Part shown: one piece after another, positions 48,782-59,770 of the stretch
How the letters are laid out: each line of letters begins with the position of its first letter
Numbering within the stretch: position 1 is the stretch's first letter
NCBI GenBank assembly: GCA_963704885.1
Contig: CAVPIB010000001.1
Location: 352,001-416,000, forward strand
Direction of reading: 5' to 3'
DNA: 64,000 bases
DNA from: an uncultured Actinomycetes bacterium
GTDB lineage: Bacteria > Actinomycetota > UBA4738 > HRBIN12
Made by a program: the position numbers and the translations under genes
Notes under the pieces: generated by a model
The model's database searches: none
Told to the model about the DNA's origin: nothing
What the model saw: only the letters and a program-made list of their open reading frames with translations

Positions 48782-48859
48782 GTCTGCGACCCTAACACCC
48801 GCGGGCGACGGCTCCCTCTCGAAGGGACCTGGGCGCCTAATCGGATGGTGCCGCTCCTC

Positions 48860-49435
48860 TCACACGAGCGCGTCGAGCGCGGCGGACAGCTCCTCCACGA
48901 ACGCTGGGTCGGCCTCGGAACCGCCGACCAGCAGCGACAACGCGTAGCCGCCGCGCGTCCACGCAGCGAGGTACCAGGACATGTCCTTGTTCGGGCAGCA
49001 ACCGCTTGGCGTGTGGGCGACCGCGAACGCGCCCAGGATCTCGGGCGGCTCGGCTGCCTCGACCGAGCCGAGCCGGTCGGAGGCGTGCTCCTGCAGCCAC
49101 AACACGTACGCCTCGGCCCCCGTGGCGTTCTCGAACCGCAGCACGCGGGCGACCACCAGCCGTACCTCCCCCTTCGGGTTCGCGAACGTCCGCTGCCTAC
49201 CCGATGCGAAACCTTCTTCATCGAGGAGCGTTGCGAGCGATGCGGGATCCCGGGCCTCCTCCGCGAGCAGCTGGATGTCCACCGTCTCGACGTGCGTCCG
49301 GGAGCTGGGGACGGCCATCGCGGCAAGCACCGGTGGTGGGGCAGGCGGTCGGGCAGATGCGCACGAGGTAGCCAGCGCAGCGGCGGCGAGGAGCAGGGAG
49401 CGAGCCTGCCTTCCTCCGCAACCCTTTACGAACAC
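48860..49435 (-). CDS. Hypothetical lipoprotein
   Basis: LLLAAAALATSC lipobox-like segment; start uncertain. Confidence 0.65.
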   Translation of the reverse strand: MFVKGCGGRQARSLLLAAAALATSCASARPPAPPPVLAAMAVPSSRTHVETVDIQLLAEEARDPASLATLLDEEGFASGRQRTFANPKGEVRLVVARVLRFENATGAEAYVLWLQEHASDRLGSVEAAEPPEILGAFAVAHTPSGCCPNKDMSWYLAAWTRGGYALSLLVGGSEADPAFVEELSAALDALV

Positions 49436-49508
49436 TTCTTCCAGCCGATGGGTGGCGCTATGTCGAAGATGGGGGCATCATACGGCGGGTGAAACGAAGG
49501 GGGAGGGC

Positions 49509-50704
49509 ATGCGTGACGAGTACGACCGCCTGATCGCGAGCAGCCTCGGGCGACGCCAGTTCCTTAAGTACGCAGGGGTCGGAGCGCTCAGCGCGAGCGT
49601 GCTCGCGGCGTGCAAGAAAGCTGCGGACACCGGCGCGGCGGGAGCGACCGGCTCCGCCACCCCCGCTCCACGACCTCCACTGGAAGAGGAGGCCGGCGAC
49701 CTCAAGATCTATGAGTGGCTCGGTTACGGCGACGGCTCGTACGGAGACGACGTCCTGTGGGCCGAGTACAAGGCGAAGGGGTATCCCAAGCCGAAGTTCA
49801 CCAAGACCTTCGACGACGATACCGGCTACACGAAGGTCGCCGCCGGAGAACGCTACGATATCGTGCACCCGTGCGCCTATCGGTTCGCCGACTGGGTGGC
49901 GCTCAAGAACCCGGACGGCTCGCGGTGATCCAGCCTTGGGATACCTCCTTGATCCCGAACTTCCCAGATCTGAACCCGGCGCTGCAGAAGTACGGCAACT
50001 TCGACGGGCAGCAGTACTTCATCGTCGCCGACTGGGGTTTCGCGTCTCCCATGTACCGAGCGGACCTGATCCAACCCGAATCGACCTGGGGCGCGATCTT
50101 CGACGAGCAGTACGCAGGCAAGATCAGCTGGTGGGACAGCTTGAATATGTTCATCCCGGCCGGGCTCTACCTCGGGATCCCCGAGCCGTACAACATGACC
50201 GACCAGGAGCTCGAGCAGACGAGGGACTTCCTGATCTCCAAGGTCCCGCTCGTGCGGACGTTCTGGGTCGACGACCCGACGCCGGACGTGGTGAGTGGCG
50301 ACGTGCACATCGCCTATGCCTGGCAGAACCACTGGTGGGCCGCGCTGGACTACGGATCGGGCTCGAAGAAGGCCGTCGATGCGGTCTACATGCGTCCTAA
50401 GGAAGGCTTGATCTCCTGGTACTGCGGCTTCGCCCTTTTCAGCGACACCGAGAACTACTATCACGACCATGAGTACGCGGACGCGTGGGTGAGTGCGGCG
50501 TCGGCAGAGTGGCTGGTGAACAACTACGCGTACGGCCACACGAACACGGCGCTCGACATGTCGACGGTGAATCCTCAGCTGGTGGAGACGTTCAGCCTCG
50601 ACGACCCGACTATCCTCGAGGAGCCGCAGTCGTACCCTGAGCGTCCGTACGCCGATCGGGACAAGGTGAACGAGCTGTGGCTCGAGGTGAAAGCGGCGGC
50701 CTGA
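49509..50704 (+). CDS. Tat-exported polyamine-type ABC substrate-binding lipoprotein (PotD/F-like); frameshift near 49921
   Basis: GRRQFLK Tat motif, LAAC lipobox, YEWLGY, YDIVHP, then IQPWDTSLIPNF..PKEG in the next frame. Confidence 0.88.
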
Positions 50705-51630
50705 GGGCGACAAAGGACGCACCGACGAGGGCGGCAGGACTCCCTGCCGCCCTCGACTTGCAGCCGCGCCGCACTTGGCCGGGGACGCTCGGGCTCCTAT
50801 CGGGGCCGTTACTTTGGCTCTTGCTCTTCTTCCTGATCCCGCTGCTTGTCGTCGCGGCCTACAGCATCGGTGCGCTCTCGCTATACCCGACAGACGCAGG
50901 GGTGAGCCTCTACGACTGGCAACGGTTCCTCTCCGGCGGATCGGTGTACATGGGCCTGTTCTGGAAGTCGGTCCGGCTCTCGCTCACCGTGTCCGTGATC
51001 GTCGTCGTGCTCGCCTACCCCGTGGGTTACTTCCTCGCGCTCGTGGCCGGGAAGCGGAAATACGCGCTGCTGCTGCTGATCATCGCGCCCTTCCTCACGA
51101 GCTACCTCCTTCGGGTGCTGGCTTGGCGGGTGATCCTCGGTGGCGAGGGCGTGGTGAACTCCCTGTTGATCTCCATCGGGCTCCGCGCCGAGGGCGACCC
51201 GATCTCGTGGCTGATCTACAGCCAGTTCACGGTGATCCTGGTGCTCGTGTACGTGTGGGTGCCGTTCGTCGCCCTGCCGATCTTCGTCGTGCTCGAGAAC
51301 CTCGACGGCTCGCTCCTGGAGGCCGGGGCGGATCTCGGCGCGAACCGCTGGAGCGTGTTCTGGCGTGTGACTTTCCGGCTCAGCCTACCGGGGGTGGGGG
51401 CCGCGTTCGTGTTCGTGTTCATCCCAACGCTCGGGGAGTTCGTGACACCCTCGCTGGTTGGGGGCACGAGTGGGCTGATGTACGGCAACGCGATCTCGGA
51501 GCTGTTCCTCAAGGGTCAGTCGACGTGGCAGATCGGTTCGGTGCTTGCGCTGTTCCTGATCGTCGTCGTCGGGCTGCTGATGGCGTTGTCGGGGCGGTTC
51601 CTTCAGCTACGTCGCGTGGAGGCCGGGTAG
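50677..51630 (+). CDS. ABC transporter permease (PotB-like)
   Basis: LAYPVGY, PFLTSYLLR, LLEAGADLGA, FIPTLGEFVTP; start uncertain. Confidence 0.92.
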   Translation: MARGESGGLRATKDAPTRAAGLPAALDLQPRRTWPGTLGLLSGPLLWLLLFFLIPLLVVAAYSIGALSLYPTDAGVSLYDWQRFLSGGSVYMGLFWKSVRLSLTVSVIVVVLAYPVGYFLALVAGKRKYALLLLIIAPFLTSYLLRVLAWRVILGGEGVVNSLLISIGLRAEGDPISWLIYSQFTVILVLVYVWVPFVALPIFVVLENLDGSLLEAGADLGANRWSVFWRVTFRLSLPGVGAAFVFVFIPTLGEFVTPSLVGGTSGLMYGNAISELFLKGQSTWQIGSVLALFLIVVVGLLMALSGRFLQLRRVEAG

Positions 51631-51632
51631 CG

Positions 51633-52484
51633 ATGGACGCCGCTGCGTCGAAGGGAGGTCGTCGGGGTCTCGTCGGATTGTTCGTGCTGCTCGTCGTCTT
51701 CCTCTACCTGCCGATCGTCGTGCTGATGGTGTTCTCGTTCAACGACAGCCTGCTGACCACCTTCCCGCTCTCGGGATTCACGACGCGCTGGTATCGACTG
51801 CTGATGCAGAACGAACAGCTGTTGTCTGCCCTGGGGAATTCGGCGGTTGTGGCGGTGGCGTCGAGCGTGGTGGCGGTGGCGCTCGGTGCGTTGGCCTCGT
51901 ACGCGCTCGTGCGCAGGCGATTCCGGGCGAAAGGTGCAGCATCGGGCCTGCTGCTGTCGCCGCTAGTGATCCCGTACATCGTGTTCGGGATCGCGCTGCT
52001 GATCCTGTTCAAGACGCTCGACAACTTCCTGATCCAGCACATGGGGATCTACTTCGGACTGGGGGCGCACTCGCTCGTGATCGGGCACGTGGTGGTCATA
52101 CTGCCGTACACGATCCTCACGCTTACGCCGCGCCTCGAACGCCTTGGCACGGACATAGAGGAGGCGGCGCGGGATCTCGGCGCAAGCCCATCCTCGACGT
52201 TCCGTCGCGTCACGATCCCGCTGCTCACTCCGGCGATCGTTTCGGCGTTCCTGATCGCGTTCACGCTCTCGTTCGACGAGTACGCGATCGCCTCGTTCAT
52301 CGCCGGCGATTACACGACGTACCCGCTGTTCCTGTATGGACAGGTGAGGATCCGGATCGGGCTGCCGCAGATGATCGCGATCTCGGTGATCGTGATGCTG
52401 CTGTCGATGCTAGTGGTGGTCGGCGCGGAGGTGTTCAGGCGTCGGTCCGATCGACGTCTCGGTATCTCAACTCCCGTGGCGTAG
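51633..52484 (+). CDS. ABC transporter permease (PotC-like)
   Basis: FLYLPI..FSFN, GFTTRWY, EEAARDLGA, FTLSFDE. Confidence 0.93.
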   Translation: MDAAASKGGRRGLVGLFVLLVVFLYLPIVVLMVFSFNDSLLTTFPLSGFTTRWYRLLMQNEQLLSALGNSAVVAVASSVVAVALGALASYALVRRRFRAKGAASGLLLSPLVIPYIVFGIALLILFKTLDNFLIQHMGIYFGLGAHSLVIGHVVVILPYTILTLTPRLERLGTDIEEAARDLGASPSSTFRRVTIPLLTPAIVSAFLIAFTLSFDEYAIASFIAGDYTTYPLFLYGQVRIRIGLPQMIAISVIVMLLSMLVVVGAEVFRRRSDRRLGISTPVA

Positions 52485-52531
52485 ACCTGTCCCCGCGGTC
52501 ACATCCGGTGGTCGAGGCTACGCTGTTGCCG

Positions 52532-53944
52532 ATGTCGTCCCCCGCCACGATCGGCGCCCTCCGCGCCGCCGGCTACACCGATCGCACGGTGAAGGACGAG
52601 CTGCGCGCCAACCTATTGGCGAAGCTCTCCCGGGGCGAGCAACTCTTCCCCGGCATCGTGGGCTTCGACGACGAGGTGCTGCCCGCGCTGGAACGGGGCA
52701 TCCTGGCGGGCCACGACCTGATCCTTCTGGGCGAACGCGGGCAGGCGAAGACCAGGCTGGTCCGCGCGATCGTGGGCCTGCTGGACGACGAGCTGCCGGC
52801 GATCGAGGGATGCGAGATCCACGACCATCCGTTCCACCCGATCTGCGCTGCCTGTCGGGCGCTCGTGGCCGCCCAAGGCGAAGACGCCCCTATCCGCTGG
52901 ATCGCCCGGGATGACCGCTACGCCGAGAAACTGGCCACGCCCGACACGTCCGTCGCCGACCTGATCGGGGACGTCGACCCGATCCGCGTCGCCGAGGGCC
53001 GCTACCTTTCCGACGAGCTCACGATCCACTACGGCCTGATACCAAGGACCAACCGCGGCGTGGTCGCTATCAACGAGTTACCGGACCTGCCGGAGCGGAT
53101 CCAGGTCTCCCTCTTCAACATCTTGGAGGAGCGCGACATCCAGATCCGCGGCTACCGGGTCCGTCTGCCGCTCGACCTGCTGCTGGTGGTGACCGCGAAC
53201 CCAGACGACTACACGCACCGCGGCCGTATCGTGTCGCCGCTCAAGGACCGTTTCGGAACCCAGGTCCGCACCCACTACCCTCAGGATCTGGCGGACGAGG
53301 TCCGGATCATGGACCAGGAATCACGCGCCGCCGCCGGTGAGATCCCCGTTCGTGTACCAGCGTTCATGAAGGAGATCGTGGCCGCGCTCACCGCGGAGCT
53401 CCGGCGTTCTCCACATATCAACCATCGGAGCGGCGTCAGCGTGCGCTACTCGATCGGCAATCTCGAGACCCTGTCGGCCGCGGCCGTGCGACGAGCCGCT
53501 CGCTCCGGTGAACCCGAGGCAGTGCCGCGGGTCTGCGACCTTCCCGCCGTGCTTGCCTCCTCGGAGGGCCGGGTTGAGTTCGACACGATCGAGGAGGGGC
53601 GCGAGGCCGACATCTTGTCCCGTGCCGTCCGCGCGGCCGAGCTCGAGGTGTTTCGCCTTCGGCTGTCCGGTTTCGACTTCCAGCCGCTGCTGCACAGGTT
53701 CGATGAAGGGCTCACCGCCGAGACCTCCGATCTGACGACCGCGAGCGACCTGTTGGCGCAGTTCGGCAACCTGCCCGGTCTGTCGAAGCTCCTCGAACGC
53801 CTGGGCGTGCAGGAGGAGAGCCCGGGGGTGGCCGCCTCGGCGCTCGAGTTCGCGTTGGAGGGCCTCCACCTGTCTCGGCGACTCAACAAGGATCCGGGCC
53901 AGGCTCCGGGGTCCGTTCGCTACGAGGGCAACGCCTCCGCGTAG
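52532..53944 (+). CDS. AAA+ ATPase, MoxR/Mg-chelatase-like (Rv0958 type)
   Basis: LGERGQAKT, EKLATPD, INELPDL, TANP.DYT.RGRI. Confidence 0.92.
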   Translation: MSSPATIGALRAAGYTDRTVKDELRANLLAKLSRGEQLFPGIVGFDDEVLPALERGILAGHDLILLGERGQAKTRLVRAIVGLLDDELPAIEGCEIHDHPFHPICAACRALVAAQGEDAPIRWIARDDRYAEKLATPDTSVADLIGDVDPIRVAEGRYLSDELTIHYGLIPRTNRGVVAINELPDLPERIQVSLFNILEERDIQIRGYRVRLPLDLLLVVTANPDDYTHRGRIVSPLKDRFGTQVRTHYPQDLADEVRIMDQESRAAAGEIPVRVPAFMKEIVAALTAELRRSPHINHRSGVSVRYSIGNLETLSAAAVRRAARSGEPEAVPRVCDLPAVLASSEGRVEFDTIEEGREADILSRAVRAAELEVFRLRLSGFDFQPLLHRFDEGLTAETSDLTTASDLLAQFGNLPGLSKLLERLGVQEESPGVAASALEFALEGLHLSRRLNKDPGQAPGSVRYEGNASA

Positions 53945-53955
53945 GATTCCCGCTC

Positions 53956-54324
53956 GTGATCCAGTTCCACAAGCTCGCCGGCTTCGTAGTGGTCGCGGTG
54001 TTCGCCGTGGGGTGGATCTGGGGGCTGGCGGCGTGGGTGGCCAAGCGCGGCCCCGGGGAGCGCTTCTGGACGTGGGTCACCGTGGTCCAGCTACTCGCGG
54101 GCCTGCAGGCGATCGTGGGGATCGTGGTCTACGTGTCGGGCTACAGGGCACTCACGTGGCTGCATTACGCCTACGGCCTCTTCCCGATCGCGGCGCTCTT
54201 GGTCGCGCACCTGGTGGCCCGGCGTCCGGACTTCCGGGACCGGCCGTGGATCCCCTTCGCCTGGGTCGCGTTCATATGCTTCGGGCTGACGCTGCGCGCG
54301 CTCATGACCGGCCTGTCGGGCTGA
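53956..54324 (+). CDS. Four-TM membrane protein
   Basis: Hydrophobic; LHYAYG, RALMTG. Confidence 0.8.
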   Translation: MIQFHKLAGFVVVAVFAVGWIWGLAAWVAKRGPGERFWTWVTVVQLLAGLQAIVGIVVYVSGYRALTWLHYAYGLFPIAALLVAHLVARRPDFRDRPWIPFAWVAFICFGLTLRALMTGLSG

Positions 54325-54343
54325 TCTTCGCCCGGTTCCTCCC

Positions 54344-54369
54344 TCAAGCAACCCCGCCTCAGGGCCGAC
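54344..54369 (+). promoter_or_regulatory. Possible sigma-28/WhiG-type promoter
   Basis: TCAAG-N15-GCCGAC ending 10 nt before ATG 54380. Confidence 0.4.
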
Positions 54370-54379
54370 CTATCTCGAC

Positions 54380-54868
54380 ATGACGGGTACATCAGGGACC
54401 GGTGTCGCCGAGATCGCGGCCGAGCTCGGACGCCTGGATGCGTTCAGCTACTGGGTCGTGCCTTCGGGTTCGCTATCCAAGGCGGGCGACCTGGTCGTGG
54501 CCGGGACGACCGGGGTCTTCTTGATAGCGGCCTGGGCCGCACCCGGTGCGTTCTCGCTCTCCAGGGGCCGCCCGGTGGTAGGGGAGAGCCCGATCCCGGG
54601 TATCCGCGCCCTTCGCTCGGATGCCAAACGCCTGAGCGCAAGGCTCGCGGCCTCGTCGGACTTCGGCTCGGTTGAACCGGTCGTCTGCCTGACCGAAGCC
54701 ACGGTGGGGATGCCCCGAACCGTGAAGGGAGTCCGCTTCGTGTCGATCGGAAGCCTGGTCAAAGACGTTACGGCCCGCCCGCGCGTTATGGAGCAGATCC
54801 GGGTCCAGAGGGCCGCCAGGGTCCTGGGCGTCCAGATACCGGGCGATCGTAAGCGCCACTTCGCGTAG
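54380..54868 (+). CDS. NERD-like domain protein, degenerate
   Basis: DLVVAGTTGVFLI and VEPVVC resemble NERD, but the ExK is replaced. Confidence 0.6.
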   Translation: MTGTSGTGVAEIAAELGRLDAFSYWVVPSGSLSKAGDLVVAGTTGVFLIAAWAAPGAFSLSRGRPVVGESPIPGIRALRSDAKRLSARLAASSDFGSVEPVVCLTEATVGMPRTVKGVRFVSIGSLVKDVTARPRVMEQIRVQRAARVLGVQIPGDRKRHFA

Positions 54869-54890
54869 TCCGAATCTCTGGTCTTAGGGC

Positions 54891-54916
54891 GAAAGTTCCG
54901 GCCCCAACCTGCCGAT
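54891..54916 (+). promoter_or_regulatory. Possible sigma-28/WhiG-type promoter
   Basis: GAAAG-N15-GCCGAT upstream of the DUF11 gene. Confidence 0.4.
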
Positions 54917-54978
54917 GCCTTCCACGTTGGTCTGGTGAGGCGTTCCGAGGGGAACGCTCGAACGAAAGGGAGTTGATC

Positions 54979-57145
54979 GTGCGAGCCATCCATCGTCATC
55001 AGCGGCTCCCGCCGGGTCCCATGGACCCGGGTAACAGCGTCCGCCCTGCTCGGAACCCTGCTGGTCGGACTGCTTTCCTCGCCCGCGCTCGCGGCGGCCA
55101 CCGATCTCTCGATCGACGTGACGCAGGCCGCGAACCCGCTCGCTGTCGGGGGGAGCGCCACCTACACCGTGACGGTGACCAACACGGGCGCAAACACCGC
55201 CGACCCCGTCCAGGTCGTGAACACGCTCCCGGCCGGCGCCACTTACGTGAGCGACACCGGGGGCTGTGGCGTGGCGTCGCTGACCCTGACGTGCGACCTG
55301 GGCGTGATGCTTGACACCGATGTCGTGGCGTTCGACGTGGTCGCCAGCTACGCGGCCGAAGGCGCCTATGTGAACACGGCGACGGTTTCTCCCGGCGCGG
55401 GCGACTCGGACTCGGTCTCCACGAACGACACCGACTCCGTCACGACGCAGGTCGGCAGCGCCGACGTCTCGATCACGAAGACGGACGGAGCCACTTCCTA
55501 CATCCCCGGCGCGAACCTCACCTACACGCTCACCCTCGCCAACGCCGGACCCGACGACGCCACCGGCGTCGTAGTCACCGACACGCTGGTTGGAGCTGCC
55601 TTCGTCAGCTGCACGCCCACGGTGGGTTCGTGTGGCGCATCGGGCGCCACGGTCACGTGGAACGTCGGCACCGTAGCGAACGGCGTGACGCCGTCGGCGA
55701 CGCTCGTCGTAAGGCCAGACCCCGCGAAGCGTGACGCGCTCGCGAACACCGCGACCGTCACCTCTTCGAACGACGACCCGACCCCTGCCAACGACACCTC
55801 CACCGACACCGACGCCACCGCGACCCCGCAGGTGGACCTCGCGCTCGCCAAGACGACCCTGGCTACCGCTATCCATGCGGGCGACACGTTCACGTACACG
55901 CTGACCGTCACGAACGCCGGACCCTCCACGGCGACGAGCGTGGTCATCACGGACACGCTTCCCGCCGGATTGACCTTCGTGAGCGCCACGGGCGGCGGCG
56001 TGGCCGCTGGATCTTCGGTGACGTGGAACCTCGCGGCACCGCTCGCCCCGCTCGGTACGGCGAGCGTGGACCTGACGGTCAGGGTGGCGGACGATCAGGT
56101 TGACCCGTTCACCAACACAGCGACCGTCACGTCGGCCGTTGGCGAGACCGACACCAACGCCGCCAACAACACCGCGTCGCTGCTGTCCACGCTCAACGAC
56201 GACGCCGACGTCGCGGTGACCATGACCGGCGATCCCACGACGGCGGCCGGAGGCGACACCGTCACCTTCACCGTGACCGTGACGAACCTTGGCCCCGCGC
56301 CGGCCGAGAACGTGGTTGCCACGGACATCGTCCCGGCCGGCTTCACGCTCGTCGAGCCGGTCCTGGCGCCCGCGACGAGCTCGTCCGGGACCTGGACCTG
56401 GGCCGTGGGCCGAGTCCTCAAGGATGAGACCGCGACGCTGACGTTCGACGTCACGGTCGATCCGAGCGCTCTGGGACCGACGCTCGGCAATACCGTCAAC
56501 GTCACGAGCGACGCGAACGACATGTTCCTGGAGAACAACACCGCCACGGCTATCACCACGATCCTGGCCGGCGATGCCGACCTGGAGATCTTGAGCTCCG
56601 CCGACAACGAGAAGCCCAACAAGGGCGACGAGATCGCCATCACCATCCGAGTGGTCAACTACGGTCCCTCCGATGCGACCAACGTCGTGCTGAAGGACGT
56701 CCTGCCCAACGGGCTGGAGTACCAGTCGTGCGCCGGATGCCTGGCCAACGGTGGGAGCAAGAAGGCTCAGTGGACCGGGTTGTTCACCGCAGCGCTGATC
56801 CCCGTGGACAACGCCGCGACCGTGATCTTGAACGTCAAGGTCACGGCCAGCGAGGGGATCCTCAAGAACGTGGCGTCGATCCAGGCGGCCGACCAGAACG
56901 ACCCCGACGGCTCGAACGACAGGTCCACGCTCAAGATCGACGTGGGTGGAACCTCTAGCAACTCGGGGTCGGGTGGCAGCGGAACGACCGAGGGCGCGGG
57001 CGGCACGGCGTTCACCGGCTTCACGGCGCAGCGCCTGCTGCCGTGGTTCATCCTCATGTTCACGATCGGTCTGGTGGCCGTGGAGCTCTCGCGACGGACC
57101 TGGCGTCCGATCGGCGTGACCTACGGCTTCGACGAACCCTTCTAG
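54979..57145 (+). CDS. DUF11-repeat cell-surface protein with sortase-like C-terminus; frameshift near 55008
   Basis: About five D(L/V)..TYT.TV.N.GP..A Ig-like repeats; C-terminal TAFTG, TM helix and RR; removing one C from CTCCC joins GTG 54979 to the signal peptide RRVPWTRVTASALLGTLLVGLLSSPALA. Confidence 0.88.
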
Positions 57146-57154
57146 ATCTGCCCG

Positions 57155-57189
57155 CGCGGGGTCGCGCCCTCGATAGGCGCGGCCCCGCG
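57155..57189 (+). terminator. GC-rich hairpin after the DUF11 gene
   Basis: CGCGGGGTCGCGCC / GGCGCGGCCCCGCG 14-bp stem with one G-U pair. Confidence 0.6.
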
Positions 57190-57201
57190 TAGGCTGAACG
57201 G

Positions 57202-59138
57202 GTGCGCTACCGCTACTCGCGCTGGGACGGCACCCAGGAACCGTTCGACCCCTCGATCGACGCATCCGACCTGCTCGAGGAGCTGTCCGACGACGTCTTG
57301 ATGGGCACCGGCGCCGAGCGTGCTCTCCGCCGTCTGATGCGACGGGGCATGCAGGGGAAGTTCTCGGGGATGGATGCCCTCCGTCGGCGCCTTCGACAGA
57401 TGCGCGAGCAGGAGGAAGACGCGCTCGACCTGAGCGGTCCCCTGGAGGAGATCCGACAGAAGCTCGAAGAGATCCTGGACCGTGAACGGAGCACGTTGTC
57501 GTTCAAAGCCGAGGACGACGCACGGATGCGCGAGTCGTTCTTGAACGACCTGCCTCCCGACGCGCCCGGCCAGCTCCGTGAGCTGGCGGACTACCGGTTC
57601 ATGGATCGCCAGGCGCAACAGCTGTTCGACGAGCTGCTGGAGCACGTTCGCGAACAGGTGTTGGGCGCGTACTTCCGCGGCATGGCGCAGGGCATGCGCG
57701 ACATGTCGGCGGAGCAGTTGGCGCACTTCCGCGACATGCTCGCCGAGCTGAACCAGATGATCGAGCGGCGCGGGCGCGGCGAGGCGTATGACTTCGACGG
57801 GTTCATGCAACGATACGGCGACCTGTTCCCCGATCACCCCAGAACGCTGGATCAGCTCCTGGAGAACATGGCCCGGCGGATGGCCGCCATGAGTCGGCTG
57901 ATGGCCTCGCTGTCGAGCGAGCAGCGCGCCGAGCTCCATGCGCTGGCCGAACAGATGATGCAGGACATGGACCTGGCGTTCGAGGTGGATCGCCTAAGCG
58001 CCAACCTGGCCCGCGCCTTCCCGGACATGCCTTGGGGTCAGCCGGCCATGGACGCCGGCCAGGGCGACGAGCCGATGCCGCTGTCGGCGACGGTCGACGC
58101 CATGGAGCGGCTGCACGACTACGAGGAGCTGGACCGCGAGATGCGTGGCGACTATCCGGGCGCATCGATGGACGACGTGGACGAGGAGGCGCTTCGGCGG
58201 ATCCTGGGCGAGCCGGCGGTGCACGATCTCCGCCGCCTGAAGGAGATCGAGCGGAGCTCGAAGAGGCCGGCCTGATGACGCGCCGCAACGGGCGGTTGGA
58301 GGTCACGCCACGCGGCGCTCGCAAGATGGGGGAGCGCGCGCTGGTCCAGGTGTTCGAGGAGCTGAAGCGCGATCGCGAGGGCACGCACGAGGCGCGGGAC
58401 GCGGGCGGTATGGCCGAGCCCACCGGGGCCACGCGACCGTGGCGTTTCGGCGACACCGGGCAGATCGCGGTGCAGAAGACGGTGTTCAACGCGGTGCTGC
58501 GCTCGGGGTCGGGAGAGGCGCTGACCCTATCCCCTGAGGACTTCGAGCTGGTCGAGGCCGAGCAGCGCACCGAGGCGGCGACCGCGCTGCTGCTGGACCT
58601 GTCGTTCAGCATGCCGCTGCGCGGACACTTCATCCACGCGAAGAAGATGGCGCTGGCGCTGCACGCGTTGATCGAGGGGCGCTACCCGCACGACACGCTC
58701 TACCTGATCGGGTTCAGCGACTACGCGCGGCAGCTGCAGCCCGAGGATCTGACCGCGCCCGGGTTCGAGCGCGTCTACGGCACGAACATGCAGCACGCGT
58801 TCCTGCTGGCCGGGCGGTTGCTCGCTCAGCATCCGCGCGCGGCGCGGCAGGTGATCATGGTGACCGACGGCGAGCCCACGGCCCACCTGGAGGGCGATCA
58901 AGCGTTCTTCTCGTGGCCGCCGGTGCGCGAGACGATCCAGCTGACGCTGGCTGAGGCGGTGCGTCTGTCGAAGGCCGGCGTGACGTTGAACGTGTTCATG
59001 CTCGAGGAGTCCGAGGGGCTGATCAGCTTCATGGAACGGCTCGCGCGCATCACGTCCGGGCGGGTGTTCCTGATGGATGATGAACGCTTGGGTGACTTCG
59101 TCGTGCGCGACTACGTGAGACGTCGCGGCCGCCGCTGA
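57202..59138 (+). CDS. VWA-domain protein (Rv0959 type); frameshift near 58254
   Basis: RYRYSRWDGTQ start, MIDAS DLSFSM, TNMQH, VTDGEPTAH; one missing G in GAGCGGAGCTC explains the break. Confidence 0.9.
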
Positions 59139-59745
59139 TGCACAGGGTGCTCAAGGTGGCCGCCTGGGCGGCGCTGTTCCTGGCGTGCGCCGGCGTCGGG
59201 GCGTACATCGCCGCGCACTCCGATCCGTTCCCGCCAGGCGTGGATCGTCCGGGAGCCTCGCCATCCTGCGGCATCGGCCTCGCCCAGCGGAGCGCCGGCT
59301 CCTGAGCGCTGGGTCGGGGAGCTTCCGGAGCTACACCTACCACCAGCTGTACGTGGGAGGACGGTGCACGACGCGCTGGCGAGGCGATCTGCGCTTCAAG
59401 GTCGACGCGGAGACGGGCGCGGTCGAGGGGAACGGTGTCGCCCGCCTGTTCGGCGACCTCGAGTGCGACTTCCCGATCGCGCAGGTGCAGGCCGAGCGGG
59501 TGGAGCTGTCGATCACCGGACGCCTGCGCGAGGGGAGCGTCACGCTCCACCTGTCGCAGACGGGGATCGAACCGTCGAACGCAAGGGACTACGGAGCGTT
59601 CACGCCGATGCTTCCGATCCGGATCACGCTGCCGGTGCACGATGGCGTCGTCGACTGTCGAGTGGTTCGTCGCAGCGTCGACGGTGAGGGCCGAGGCACG
59701 TACTTCTGGTCGACGGGGTTCCATCTCGCCCAGGTCGAGGCCTAA
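59138..59745 (+). CDS. Secreted or membrane-anchored hypothetical protein; two apparent frameshifts (about 59264 and 59318)
   Basis: ATG overlaps the VWA stop; TM helix AAWAALFLACAGVGAYIAA, then a beta-rich domain in ORF 59185. Confidence 0.65.
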
Positions 59746-59770
59746 TGTTGTCCCCTCGATGACGCGACGC

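Noticed and set aside
49920-49930. TGA in the ABC binding protein as a selenocysteine codon, given selAB nearby
   Set aside because: The protein continues in a different frame, so this is an indel; I found no convincing in-frame Sec codon in the window
54884-57265. 793-aa antisense ORF and similar long shadow ORFs
   Set aside because: They mirror real high-GC genes and have no recognisable motifs
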